NCBI GenBank assembly: GCA_016840165.1
Contig: JAEOSU010000072.1
Span: 1-64,000, forward strand
From: Promethearchaeota archaeon
Lineage (GTDB): Archaea > Asgardarchaeota > Lokiarchaeia > Sigyniarchaeales > SOKP01
Length of the DNA stretch: 64,000 bases
Direction: 5' to 3'
Within the stretch, counting starts at the first letter, position 1. Each line of letters starts with the position of its first letter. The notes under the pieces were generated by a model. It saw nothing but the letters and a program-made list of their open reading frames with translations. It did no database searches and had not been told where the DNA came from. A program made the translations under genes and the position numbers. Of the stretch, positions 20,154 through 30,008 are shown one piece after another.

Positions 20154-20851
20154 CTAAATTCTACTTTTTCTGCTAATTTTTCATTAATCAAGATAATTGC
20201 ATTTTTATAAGGGATATTTGCGAGATCATCTGCATTAAACGGACCATAATTTTTAAGATCAATTCCAACTAATGGGGGAGTATCTTTCAAGAATCTAATT
20301 ACAATATAATTATAATCCTCAACAATTTCTTCGATGCTTTGATCAATGCTTTTAAGATTCTCATCATCTTCAATCTCTTGTTTTGCACTTTTTATTTCGA
20401 GGTCATTCTCTGTTTCAATTTCAGTTTCTACTTCTTCAGGAATGTATGGTGATGATTCAGCCACCAAGTCATCACTTCGATAATCTTCAAGAATAGAAAG
20501 TCTCTTTAGCTTATCATACCCTTTAAGAGAACTTATTAGATTTTGATAGAAAATTTTTTCAGGTTCAACGATATGATCTAAATTTATCTCTTGTAAAGCC
20601 AATGCGGCATTCATTATTTTAATTTTTCTTATTTTTAAAAGATCTTCGAACAAATATTCGAAATGATCCTTATAGGATTTTAAGATCTCGTTTTTAATGG
20701 CATCGTTATCTTGGAAGTCAGTCGCTTTGATTTTATTAACGGAGTTCTTATAAGAATTGAAATCTTCTTGAAAAAATGGAGTTAATTCTGCTTGGTCAAA
20801 TTCGGCGAGCCAATGTCGATAGAGGTTATTATAATCCTTCTTTAAGTTCAT
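20150..20851 (-). CDS. GINS complex subunit (Gins15-like)
   Basis: Helical A domain (R..KI...E), C-terminal B domain IRFLKDTPPLVGIDLKNYGPF; downstream of priS. Confidence 0.88.
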   Translation of the reverse strand: MNLKKDYNNLYRHWLAEFDQAELTPFFQEDFNSYKNSVNKIKATDFQDNDAIKNEILKSYKDHFEYLFEDLLKIRKIKIMNAALALQEINLDHIVEPEKIFYQNLISSLKGYDKLKRLSILEDYRSDDLVAESSPYIPEEVETEIETENDLEIKSAKQEIEDDENLKSIDQSIEEIVEDYNYIVIRFLKDTPPLVGIDLKNYGPFNADDLANIPYKNAIILINEKLAEKVEFS

Positions 20852-20951
20852 AAAAAACTCAAGTAATTAATTAGTATTTATTAAACATGCACTTTCGAAA
20901 ATAAATCTTTTTCAATATAGCTTAATCCATATTAATAGATTAGTTTTGGAT

Positions 20952-22229
20952 TTAAAAAATCGTTAAGGGCTTCGCTACTTCCTTACATAATAAATATACC
21001 GCAATATGCTTCGGAACAGTGATATTATCTCCTTTATTATATGGTCCATATGTAAAACCTTTAATTTTCGAGGCAGGTACAAATTCTTCTACTATTTCTA
21101 AATTAATATCAATGTCTTGCTGGTCAAAGACAATCGGATCATGTGATTTGTCAGCAGCATCCAAAGGATTAAAATCCTCTAATTCTTGAAGAGAGAGTTC
21201 TTGGACTTTAAATCCTGTTTTCCCATGGAGAGTCCCTGGGTATCTTATGAGTCGATGAATGTCTATCGATACTGGTTCATCTATTTTTGCCCCGACTCTT
21301 TCAGATATACCTTTTAAAAAGATTTTCCACTTATTTATGTCAAAGCCCTCGATTGACCAATCATTCAATTCACTATTCGTGAATCTTTCTAAAAATATAT
21401 CCTTTTGATTCAAGAAGCTATTGATCTGATTCTTTTTTAATCCAATGTCCAAGAGAAAATGTTCTATATCGAGATCTGGTTGATTTAATAGATATTCAAT
21501 CTCTTTGTTCAACTTTTTTGCCCACCCTATACTATTCTGTGATAAACCATAGACAATCCCACTTCGTGTTTTTAATCCTAAGATTTCAAAATTTAAATTA
21601 TCCCCTGTTAAATAATCAACAATTTCCCTACGTGCATCACTACTCAATTCTCGGAAGATATCATCCTCAATTTTTAAATGATACCCTCGGTGTCCCGAAA
21701 ATGCAATCATTACAGAAGTTTCATCAATTCCAAAATCAGGAATCAAAGAATCATACAATATTTTAATAACTTCCTTTTTTGCTATATTTAAGCATTTTTC
21801 ACATATCCAGCTAATCCGTTTTAACTTGAGACTTCCACATTCTGGACAAGCAGGAGGCATCCCTTTTCCTCTCTTAAAGCAAGAATTACAGTACCATCCA
21901 TCATGATCATCCTTACAGGGAGTGTAAAAATGATCAACATCAATATCTATAATTAAATCACACCCTTCATACCCTTTCTTATCCATATCGGGAATTTCTG
22001 GGTGTGCATAAAGCGAACCACTTGAATAAACATGCTTTGGAGCACTATTGATTAAATAATCGTTCAATGTATCTATGTTTTCAAATCCCATATGGCGAAA
22101 CATAACGGATTTATCCCATAAAAGGAAGGCAAATTCGCGTTTAGGAAAATTACTAACTTTAGGTAAAACAGCTGCATTCTTTTTATAATAATCCTTAAAC
22201 GTCCGAATTAGAAATCTGGTTAGACTCAT
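20952..22229 (-). CDS. priS: DNA primase small subunit
   Basis: REFAF, IIDIDVD, FSGHRGYH, IDEPVSIDIHRLIRYPGTLHGKTG, Zn-ribbon insert. ATG 22229 preferred over 22358. Confidence 0.95.
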   Translation of the reverse strand: MSLTRFLIRTFKDYYKKNAAVLPKVSNFPKREFAFLLWDKSVMFRHMGFENIDTLNDYLINSAPKHVYSSGSLYAHPEIPDMDKKGYEGCDLIIDIDVDHFYTPCKDDHDGWYCNSCFKRGKGMPPACPECGSLKLKRISWICEKCLNIAKKEVIKILYDSLIPDFGIDETSVMIAFSGHRGYHLKIEDDIFRELSSDARREIVDYLTGDNLNFEILGLKTRSGIVYGLSQNSIGWAKKLNKEIEYLLNQPDLDIEHFLLDIGLKKNQINSFLNQKDIFLERFTNSELNDWSIEGFDINKWKIFLKGISERVGAKIDEPVSIDIHRLIRYPGTLHGKTGFKVQELSLQELEDFNPLDAADKSHDPIVFDQQDIDINLEIVEEFVPASKIKGFTYGPYNKGDNITVPKHIAVYLLCKEVAKPLTIF

Positions 22230-23406
22230 ATTCTTTTTCATTAGATAATTTTTGTTTTTTATTAATCCTTGATCTCTTAAATTGATGGTATTGTACATAA
22301 AAAAGAGGATGTTTGATTTTTCTCTGTTCATTATATTTTCTTGATAGATAACCCTCAAGACACAAGGGATCTTGATATTTTGAGGCCATACATAGGTTTA
22401 ATGATTTTAGTGTATTACAGGAATGAGGAGTATAGCCCTTTTTTTTTGCGAATTCCACTTGATATTCGGTTTTTTTCCTATCAAAATCAGGCAAACCCTT
22501 AAATATATCTATTATAATTTCGTTAGGAAAATTCAGCGCGTGTAAAAAAAATACAAGATATAAACGTTCAATATGGGTTAGATTCTGTCCCTCATCAGCT
22601 TTAGTCATAATCTCTTTAATACAGGGAGGAAATAGATCTTTAAACTCCTTTCCTTTTTCAAAGCGAATATCAACAGAATATTCAAATTCTTCTTTCTTTA
22701 GTTCCCATTCATTTAAAATATTGTTATAAATCGATTCAAATTCCTCATATTTAAAAAATTCTAGCTTTAATTTCTCTAATGCTTTTTCATCGACAACATC
22801 TTCAATTATAAACCTACGGCGTACAAATTCTTGGAGTAAACGTTTGATCTCTCTCATCTCAAGATACACATAACCATTATCTAAAGCTTTATGACACAAT
22901 TTTCTAAAATCATCTCGTAGATGAATAGAAAGATCTAAATAATCTTGAAATTGAATTGAAAATCTAGTTTCTAAAACTTGTTTCTGCCCTTTATCAAATA
23001 CTTCTTTAAACTTAACTGAATCACCGTAGCGAAATTTTAATTTCAAGTCTGTACATATATCATAGAGAGTAGCATCTTCATTATCTTCTATTAATTCTTT
23101 ATAGGATTGTTTAGAGTATAGATTCGCTATCCTATTCGCAATACGCTTATTATTTAGAATAGAAACTAAAATTCTTAAAAATGTATAAAGATAGACATTT
23201 AATTTATCAGGAATGAATTCATCAATCTCTTCCAAATTATCGAAAGCATTTCTGAATAAGTTAATAATTCGGGATTCATATTTATTAAACTCAAATTTCG
23301 AGTAGAAAGCTTTTAAAAATTTTACGGGATCATCTATATCAGAATAAAATTCTTCTTTAGAAGGTAACCATGGATAATGGAATAATAATTCGGGGGATAT
23401 TTTCAA
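22195..23406 (-). CDS. priL: DNA primase large subunit
   Basis: FPPCI, NLTHIER, PDFD, YTPHSC...C...C Fe-S ligands, IKHPL. Confidence 0.93.
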   Translation of the reverse strand: MKISPELLFHYPWLPSKEEFYSDIDDPVKFLKAFYSKFEFNKYESRIINLFRNAFDNLEEIDEFIPDKLNVYLYTFLRILVSILNNKRIANRIANLYSKQSYKELIEDNEDATLYDICTDLKLKFRYGDSVKFKEVFDKGQKQVLETRFSIQFQDYLDLSIHLRDDFRKLCHKALDNGYVYLEMREIKRLLQEFVRRRFIIEDVVDEKALEKLKLEFFKYEEFESIYNNILNEWELKKEEFEYSVDIRFEKGKEFKDLFPPCIKEIMTKADEGQNLTHIERLYLVFFLHALNFPNEIIIDIFKGLPDFDRKKTEYQVEFAKKKGYTPHSCNTLKSLNLCMASKYQDPLCLEGYLSRKYNEQRKIKHPLFYVQYHQFKRSRINKKQKLSNEKEYESNQISNSDV

Positions 23407-23506
23407 TTATTTAAATCTCCTAATGGGATATCTTTATATATTTGAATGAAAAATTTAGTATAAATATAGCTTAAGAGTAAAAAGATTTATTATTAATATA
23501 AAGGAG

Positions 23507-24310
23507 TTAGAATTCATCCATGTCATCTTCATCTTCGAATTCAGCTTCTTCGACCCGGGGTGCTAAGAAATAACTTAACTCTCCTCCTTCAAGAATGCCA
23601 AATATCATTTTGAGGGGATGATCTGTTTTTAGTGAAATCTCCAGTTTTTCGGTAATGGAAGAGATTTTTAAGATATCTTTTAAAAACTTTAAACTATATG
23701 CTCCTGTGTGAGTTCCAGAGAGATTACTTTCAATTAAGTCGTCAATTCCAAGATTATATTCCATTTCTCCTATTTGTCCGGTTGAGCTAAATACTAAACC
23801 TTCGCCTTCAGAACTTTTTATATTAAGAATCTCGGAATAGATATCTGCGTCTTTTATTGCTTCTACTAAGATTTCTGCATCGATTACCCATTGGGAAGGA
23901 TATTCTATCGCAAGTAAATTATCCATGGGAATCTCTTCAGTATCAATATCCAAGAGTGCCAATTTAAAAGTTCTTACTCTACTTGCACCTTCTCTCTGCA
24001 TCTTAATTTTAATTTGCTGCTCTTTTTCTTTAAATTCCAATTCAATTGAGTCGCTAGCGGAACTTCTTTTTAAGATCTTGTCTAAATCTTCTAAATTAAC
24101 CCCTATCTTTGATTCTTTTGAGCATTCATATTTATCGAAATCTTCCTTTTTAATAGCCAATTTCAGCAAGCAGATTCTACTCGAATCCATTGCAGTGACC
24201 ATAAACTGTTTTGGAGTCACTTTGATCTCAGTTTCATCAATGATTCCTGCTAGCGTTTCTACGATTCCTTTAAGAATCCGACTATTTTCTAAATATAAGG
24301 TAAATGTCAT
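23507..24310 (-). CDS. pcn: PCNA sliding clamp
   Basis: AMDSSRICL, YFLAPRVE, acidic tail. Confidence 0.96.
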   Translation of the reverse strand: MTFTLYLENSRILKGIVETLAGIIDETEIKVTPKQFMVTAMDSSRICLLKLAIKKEDFDKYECSKESKIGVNLEDLDKILKRSSASDSIELEFKEKEQQIKIKMQREGASRVRTFKLALLDIDTEEIPMDNLLAIEYPSQWVIDAEILVEAIKDADIYSEILNIKSSEGEGLVFSSTGQIGEMEYNLGIDDLIESNLSGTHTGAYSLKFLKDILKISSITEKLEISLKTDHPLKMIFGILEGGELSYFLAPRVEEAEFEDEDDMDEF

Positions 24311-24487
24311 AATTTATTTGTTCCTCAATTTATTTCTTAAAATAGTTTTATGATAATATTGTTTAATTGACAAGGTTTATAAAATTCCGTATTAGACCTT
24401 TAATAATACTATTTCACCATTTTAGAATTAATTATTTATAGTCACCTTAAATTTTTAAAACTATATAAACAAAAATTATTAAATATC

Positions 24488-24805
24488 ATGGAAATTCAAC
24501 CCGCAAAACAAAGAATGATTAAGGACCTTAAAGAGGAGGACCAAAGAGTACAAATCACAGGGTATGTAGTCGAAATTGAAGAAGAAGAATCTTTTTTATT
24601 AGAGGACGGAACAGGAAAAATTAAAGTTTTAAGAGAAGGGGTGGAATTATCTTGCTCTAAGGACGATTTAGTTAATGTTTTTGGAGAATTAAGCTATAAA
24701 GAGGATAAAGAACGGATATTGGAAGCAGATATTATTCAGGATATGAAGGGTCTAAACTTTGAATATTATAAGAAGTTATATGAGATTAAAAAGCAATATC
24801 TCTAA
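24488..24805 (+). CDS. Single OB-fold protein (RPA small subunit-like)
   Basis: RVQITGYV...LEDGTGKIKV...LVNVFG...ADIIQD OB-fold pattern. Confidence 0.75.
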   Translation: MEIQPAKQRMIKDLKEEDQRVQITGYVVEIEEEESFLLEDGTGKIKVLREGVELSCSKDDLVNVFGELSYKEDKERILEADIIQDMKGLNFEYYKKLYEIKKQYL

Positions 24806-24978
24806 TTTTTTCTCTTACTCAAGAAATCTCTGGACTTCAATGCTATATCAATTCGGATAAAAAAAAATTTATGATGAATTATGTTCCATTCACTTCGACA
24901 GCCACCTAAATCGAAAAGCTTTTTAGATATAATGTATTTGCTCTTATAACTAAAGACGTTTACAAAAAAGTCCTTAAT

Positions 24979-25317
24979 ATGGTTGATTTTTGTCCCGAAT
25001 GCTCCAATCTTCTTCGAAAACGTACTATGAATGGAGAGGCATATATCGTGTGTCGTTGTGGATACACTAGAAAAATCGAAGATAACGATGAAGATTTAGA
25101 AAAAGATGCTTTGAAAAAGAAAAAAGCTTTGGAAAAAAATTTAATTATCTTGTCAAAAGAAGATAAGATTCCTGTTAATCCAATTGTTGATAAATATTGC
25201 CCAAAATGTGGTCATAAGAAAGCGGAGGCGTGGCAAGAACAAACCAGAAGTGCAGACGAGTCTAGCACATCCTTTTTTCGTTGCTTAAAGTGTAAACATA
25301 CATGGCGTGAATATTAA
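24979..25317 (+). CDS. tfs: Transcription factor S / RpoM
   Basis: FCPECSNLL, CPKCGH, QTRSADE, FFRCLKCKHTWRE. Confidence 0.93.
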   Translation: MVDFCPECSNLLRKRTMNGEAYIVCRCGYTRKIEDNDEDLEKDALKKKKALEKNLIILSKEDKIPVNPIVDKYCPKCGHKKAEAWQEQTRSADESSTSFFRCLKCKHTWREY

Positions 25318-25379
25318 TTCTATTTTTATCATTAAATAATATCACGTAGGTAATATCTTCATATAACTAGAAGCTATTT

Positions 25380-25417
25380 AGATCATCGTGAAAGAGGGGT
25401 TTCACGAATTAAGATCT
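25380..25417. other. Stem-loop between convergent genes
   Basis: TCGTGAAA-gagggg-TTTCACGA (25386-25407) with an outer AGATC/GATCT pair. Confidence 0.55.
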
Positions 25418-25442
25418 GAAAGTGAGAAACCTTTAAATCGAT

Positions 25443-26189
25443 CTATAGATTTTTCAGTTGGGAAAGATCAAAATATCCTAAGATTGTTAAAATGAAACCT
25501 ATTATTGCTAAAACAAATGCGGTAATAGTCATTATTAAGTAAAAGAAAAGTCCAAGAATGAAATCGCTGAAAATAAGAGAAGAACCTTGTATCATTAATA
25601 TAAGCGCGGGAACGAAAACGACCAATAGAATTATACAGGCGAATTCCAGCGTACCACCTACTAACGTGAGAAAGTATCCTTTTTTAAGTCTATCTGTTCC
25701 TTCTATCGCCTTAGTTATGATATTTGGAGGAAATTGAACCAAATTTCTTTTAAAGAATTTATTTAACGCATTCCAAGAAGATAAATGCAATATAATTCTC
25801 ACGAGACCTAGTCCAAGTGCAAATATCAGAACAGAAATAAGGAACCCAAAAGTATTTACTAAAAGTGTTAAGGGATCGGTCGAAGGAAGGTAGAGAGTTG
25901 GAAGAACATTAATAATGTGGAATGTAATAATTCCTGTTAATATTAGAAAAATTATGAATCCGGCTAAATCAATAATTACAGCGCCAAATAGCCTAAAACG
26001 GAATTTCTTTAAATTTGAGTTATCTAATTTTTGATTTATAGATTTAATGTGCCTTAAAGCTTGTAGAAAAAGAATACAAACGACTATCTGCACGAGTCCA
26101 CCTGTAAATATAGTTAGAACAGTGAGTACTCCAATATAGTAAATCTTGTCACCGAAATTCTTTAAAAAATACGAAATATCTCTTTCCAA
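25443..26189 (-). CDS. Multi-pass membrane protein of unknown function
   Basis: About 5 hydrophobic helices; TTG start after GTGAT SD-like site. Confidence 0.75.
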   Translation of the reverse strand: MERDISYFLKNFGDKIYYIGVLTVLTIFTGGLVQIVVCILFLQALRHIKSINQKLDNSNLKKFRFRLFGAVIIDLAGFIIFLILTGIITFHIINVLPTLYLPSTDPLTLLVNTFGFLISVLIFALGLGLVRIILHLSSWNALNKFFKRNLVQFPPNIITKAIEGTDRLKKGYFLTLVGGTLEFACIILLVVFVPALILMIQGSSLIFSDFILGLFFYLIMTITAFVLAIIGFILTILGYFDLSQLKNL

Positions 26190-26335
26190 ATTGCATCACA
26201 TCTAATGTTATATTAAAAAGGGTATTTTAACATTATTATAAAAAAAATGCAATCAGTCTACTTTTTTCAATCCAGTAAAATTCTGGATTGCGTAATATGA
26301 GTAAAAGTGGAACTAAAAAGAGTAATTATGAGAAC

Positions 26336-26542
26336 CTACGACAATACTTCTAAAATTTTAGTTAAGATACGTGCTTTACCACCTGTGGATTGAAGCAATG
26401 TTTTTCCACACACTAAACATTCCACATCGGTCGCAGAACAACCAAAAATAATTTGTTGATTTCCACAATTTAAGCATTTTACTCTTAAAAAACGACTTTT
26501 TGGTTGAGGGATTAATTCTATAGTTTTCTTTTTATGTGTCAT
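26336..26542 (-). CDS. rps27e: Ribosomal protein eS27
   Basis: [20 protein letters not shown]...CLVCG...STGGKA. Confidence 0.97.
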   Translation of the reverse strand: MTHKKKTIELIPQPKSRFLRVKCLNCGNQQIIFGCSATDVECLVCGKTLLQSTGGKARILTKILEVLS

Positions 26543-26556
26543 TTAATAATCCTCAG

Positions 26557-26844
26557 TTAGACTTCTTGTATTTCAAATTTTTTAACACGATAAGATTTGG
26601 CATAATACTTTTTCTTACATTCACTACACTCTAAAACAGGAAGAGTTCTTTTATTTATCTTAGCATTTTTATGAAAGATCTCTTTTGGAAACGAACCATA
26701 GCCTTTTTTCTTTCTCTCAAGTCTTCTGCGGCCGTGATTCATTGCTCGCTCTTTCCCTTTTTTATATATAGAGACTGTATGCTTTGTATGTGTTCGACAA
26801 TTTGGACAGTATCTATTGACGGTTCGAGGATATTTCAATTTCAA
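26557..26844 (-). CDS. rpl44e: Ribosomal protein eL42 (L44e)
   Basis: YCPNCRTHTKHTV...KKGYG...LECSEC. Confidence 0.95.
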   Translation of the reverse strand: MKLKYPRTVNRYCPNCRTHTKHTVSIYKKGKERAMNHGRRRLERKKKGYGSFPKEIFHKNAKINKRTLPVLECSECKKKYYAKSYRVKKFEIQEV

Positions 26845-26998
26845 GACACCAAATTCTTATGGAATAGTTTGAGTAATTTTCCATAAATTTTAAATTTTAT
26901 TAGTCTGGAATCTACTTTTTCTATTTTGTATTGATTAATAAAAAATAATTTATATCTTACCAACATTTTTTTATTAAAACGAAAAAGACGAAATTAAA

Positions 26999-27919
26999 AT
27001 GTTTAAAGAGAAGTTTCAAGAAGGAATTATTTCTGCAAGAGATTTTACTCGGGAAGACATTGAATATATTTTAGAGAAAGCACGTAAGATGATGAATCAT
27101 GAGAGATATTCTGAGTTATTGAGAGGAAAAATACTCGCTACATTGTTCTTTGAACCCTCTACCAGAACTCGTTTAAGTTTTGAATCTGCTATGTATCGTT
27201 TAGGGGGAGATGTTATTGGTTTTTCATCTGGAGATGTTTCATCCATAAAGAAGGGAGAAAGTATTGCAGATACGATAAGAACAGTGGAAAATTACAGTGA
27301 TTGTATTGTCATGAGACATCCTTTAGAAGGTGCGGCAAAGATGGCTTCTCGATTCGCAAAGATCCCGATAATTAATGCCGGTTCGGGTAGTGGTGAACAT
27401 CCTACTCAAGCATTATTAGACTTGCTCACAATTACCGAAGAAGGATTAAAATTAGATGGTTTAAATATTGGAATTATGGGCGATTTAAAATATGGAAGAA
27501 CGGTTCATTCTCTAGCTGTTTTACTTTCAAATTATGATGTTAATCTCTATTTTATAAGTCCTAAGGATTTAATGCTCAGAAATAGAGATAAGGAATATTT
27601 ACGACAAAGTCAAATCAAATTTAAGGAGGCAATCCAATATCGAGATATTTTAGATATATTAGATGTCTTATATATCACTAGAATTCAACGAGAAAGGTTT
27701 GCCGATATTGAAGAATATGAGCGAGTAAAAAATTTCTATGTATTTAATGAAAAGGATTTAGCCCAAACAAAGGATGGATTCAAGATCATGCATCCTCTGC
27801 CTAGAGTAAATGAAATTTCTCCTGATATTGATAATTCTCACAAAGCCATATACTTTAAGCAAACATACTATGGGATTCCTATGAGAAAGGCACTGCTCGC
27901 AGAATTATTAGCAGATTAA
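26999..27919 (+). CDS. pyrB: Aspartate carbamoyltransferase catalytic subunit
   Basis: FFEPSTRTRLSFE, HPTQALLD, GDLKYGRTVHS, MHPLPR. Confidence 0.97.
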   Translation: MFKEKFQEGIISARDFTREDIEYILEKARKMMNHERYSELLRGKILATLFFEPSTRTRLSFESAMYRLGGDVIGFSSGDVSSIKKGESIADTIRTVENYSDCIVMRHPLEGAAKMASRFAKIPIINAGSGSGEHPTQALLDLLTITEEGLKLDGLNIGIMGDLKYGRTVHSLAVLLSNYDVNLYFISPKDLMLRNRDKEYLRQSQIKFKEAIQYRDILDILDVLYITRIQRERFADIEEYERVKNFYVFNEKDLAQTKDGFKIMHPLPRVNEISPDIDNSHKAIYFKQTYYGIPMRKALLAELLAD

Positions 27920-27920
27920 C

Positions 27921-29852
27921 TTAATCAAAACATATAGAAAAGGCAGGAACTTTCGAAGATATTAATTTTTCTATAGTTTCTGTTAATCTATCCTTATTAG
28001 ATTTATAATAATAATTATATAAGCTTCCCCCATCCAATATACTTTCAAATTTTTTAAATAATTCGAGCTGTTTTTTAATGTCTAATTTACTTTCTTTTCG
28101 TATTAAGTCCATCGAATAAGCGGGACCATTTTTATCTTGGAACGAGTGCGTTTTTATCCAGGTTTCGTATAAATATTTTCCTTCATGAGGTTGATTAATG
28201 AAATATGATTCATTTTCTTCTGAGTTCTTTTCATATATGATATCTTTAATCAGAGTTAAAACATCAAGAGCGAACTTTTCACTCTTTTCAATCCTATCTA
28301 TTTCAATTCCACAGTGTACCTTTATGGCTTTATTTAATCCAAAAAAGCTTATTGACTTGAGGCTAGTATCAATCCAATTTTTTTCTTTATGATTAAAAAA
28401 TGATGTGATTAACTGATTCCAAGATTTTGAACCATTAAGTTTTCTCTCAATTAATTTCTTTTTAACTAAATAGATTTGGAAAATCTCATTTATTCTCTCT
28501 TGAACTAAATCAAAAAAAAGATCATCATTTTGATGAGATTGTAATGCGATAGTATGAAGATTTATTAAAATTTTATCTAAAATGATTTTATTTGTTGTAG
28601 AAACGTAATCAGAAGGAACATTAACATAATTTAAAGTTGAATTCAATAATCTGGATTCAAATTTATCATAAAATCGTATACTATTTTGTAGTTTGGAATT
28701 AAGTAAGCTAATGAATCCAGTTTCCAGATCATCTTTAGTATCTGAGTACGATATCATTAGATTTGGAAATTTGTGGTATTCATTTTTCTCTAAAAACCTT
28801 AAGATCTCATGAAAAAATTCTTTATACTTAAACGAAAGATCCAGAGATAAATGAGATCTATCATCTAGATAAGTAGAATTAAATTTGAATAGTTCTGAAA
28901 TTAGCATTAGATAGGATTCTTTACTTACCTTGTGATTTTCATTGAAAATATCTAATAAGGAATTAAAATCACCTAAAAGCAAGTCTTCAGAAAAATATGG
29001 TTTGATCTCCCTCATTTTATTTGAAAGATGTAAGATTAATTTCATAAGGTTAGAATTGAGATCAATTATTTTATTATTGTATTCGAGCAAATCTGAAGTG
29101 CTAATATAGAGACTTAAAGGCCTTAAACTCCAATAATTAAGGTGAAGTAAATATATATCTCCTGATAAATATAAATCTGCCAACTTATTAGGAAGTAGAT
29201 TCAATAAAAGATATTGCTCCGAGATCTCTGTGCCTAAGATTTTAATAAAAGCTTCAGGATTTAAATTCGAATTAGTAAAATATTGTTTAACTTCAAAAGG
29301 AGGAGTACCTAATCGTGTAAGGTTATGTCTGAATTTCTCTAAACCATTCTCTAAGAGAATGCCATTGATGTATTCGCGCATTAATGGTGCTGTGAGATAC
29401 TCTATGCTGGTTTTTGACAATCTCTCTTCGACTTCTTGAGCAATTTGTCTTGCTTGATATTTTTCCATATTTCCTTCTTTAATTAAATACTCTTCAATTT
29501 TCCTGAGGTCAAAAGGTTCTTTTGAATACTTAGAGGTCCTAATCATTATCGATTTATTTTGAACATTGAGTATCTGTTCGATAGATAGAATATTCTTCAA
29601 AATCTGCCTTCCTAAGACGGTTAAAGTATAACCTTCTTCTAAATTTTCAATTAAATCGTTCTTCTTTAGTGTTTTTAGATGAAATGAAAAATTTGTAGAA
29701 TTAGAATTGTTTCCTAAAATCTCTTTCTGAAGCACCGAATATGTCAATGGAACTTGACTATTACTTAATTTCTTTAAAATATCCACTCTAACTTTCTTTC
29801 CTATTGCCTTTAATTGCTTTTCTAGGATATTTCTGTTTTTGTCGGAATCCAA
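27921..29852 (-). CDS. ArsR-type wHTH + ATP-cone + degenerate class III RNR (NrdD-like) protein
   Basis: RVDILKKL...FSFHLKTLKKNDLIE...YTLTVLGR (wHTH); IRTSKYSKEPFDLRKI...TAPLMREY (ATP cone); TRLG, LSGDIYL, SISFFGLN (NrdD remnants). No glycyl-radical or Zn-ribbon tail. Confidence 0.8.
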   Translation of the reverse strand: MDSDKNRNILEKQLKAIGKKVRVDILKKLSNSQVPLTYSVLQKEILGNNSNSTNFSFHLKTLKKNDLIENLEEGYTLTVLGRQILKNILSIEQILNVQNKSIMIRTSKYSKEPFDLRKIEEYLIKEGNMEKYQARQIAQEVEERLSKTSIEYLTAPLMREYINGILLENGLEKFRHNLTRLGTPPFEVKQYFTNSNLNPEAFIKILGTEISEQYLLLNLLPNKLADLYLSGDIYLLHLNYWSLRPLSLYISTSDLLEYNNKIIDLNSNLMKLILHLSNKMREIKPYFSEDLLLGDFNSLLDIFNENHKVSKESYLMLISELFKFNSTYLDDRSHLSLDLSFKYKEFFHEILRFLEKNEYHKFPNLMISYSDTKDDLETGFISLLNSKLQNSIRFYDKFESRLLNSTLNYVNVPSDYVSTTNKIILDKILINLHTIALQSHQNDDLFFDLVQERINEIFQIYLVKKKLIERKLNGSKSWNQLITSFFNHKEKNWIDTSLKSISFFGLNKAIKVHCGIEIDRIEKSEKFALDVLTLIKDIIYEKNSEENESYFINQPHEGKYLYETWIKTHSFQDKNGPAYSMDLIRKESKLDIKKQLELFKKFESILDGGSLYNYYYKSNKDRLTETIEKLISSKVPAFSICFD

Positions 29853-30008
29853 CTCGAAACCCTAATTTCACTCTTATAAATTAATATATAATTTATAGGA
29901 AAATCGATATTTAAAAATTTAGGAAAAATGGGTTCTAATACTCAATTTTGATAATATCAGCGTGATATATTAGAAATTATTGTAAAAAATTTTTCAAGAA
30001 AATATGAA

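Noticed and set aside
22230-22358. Long N-terminal extension of PriS overlapping priL
   Set aside because: Artefact of taking the most upstream start; PriS-like sequence begins near 22229.
24871-24915. ATGATGA as the C box of a C/D sRNA upstream of tfs
   Set aside because: No clear CTGA D or D' boxes at suitable spacing; apparent rRNA complementarity is too short to trust.
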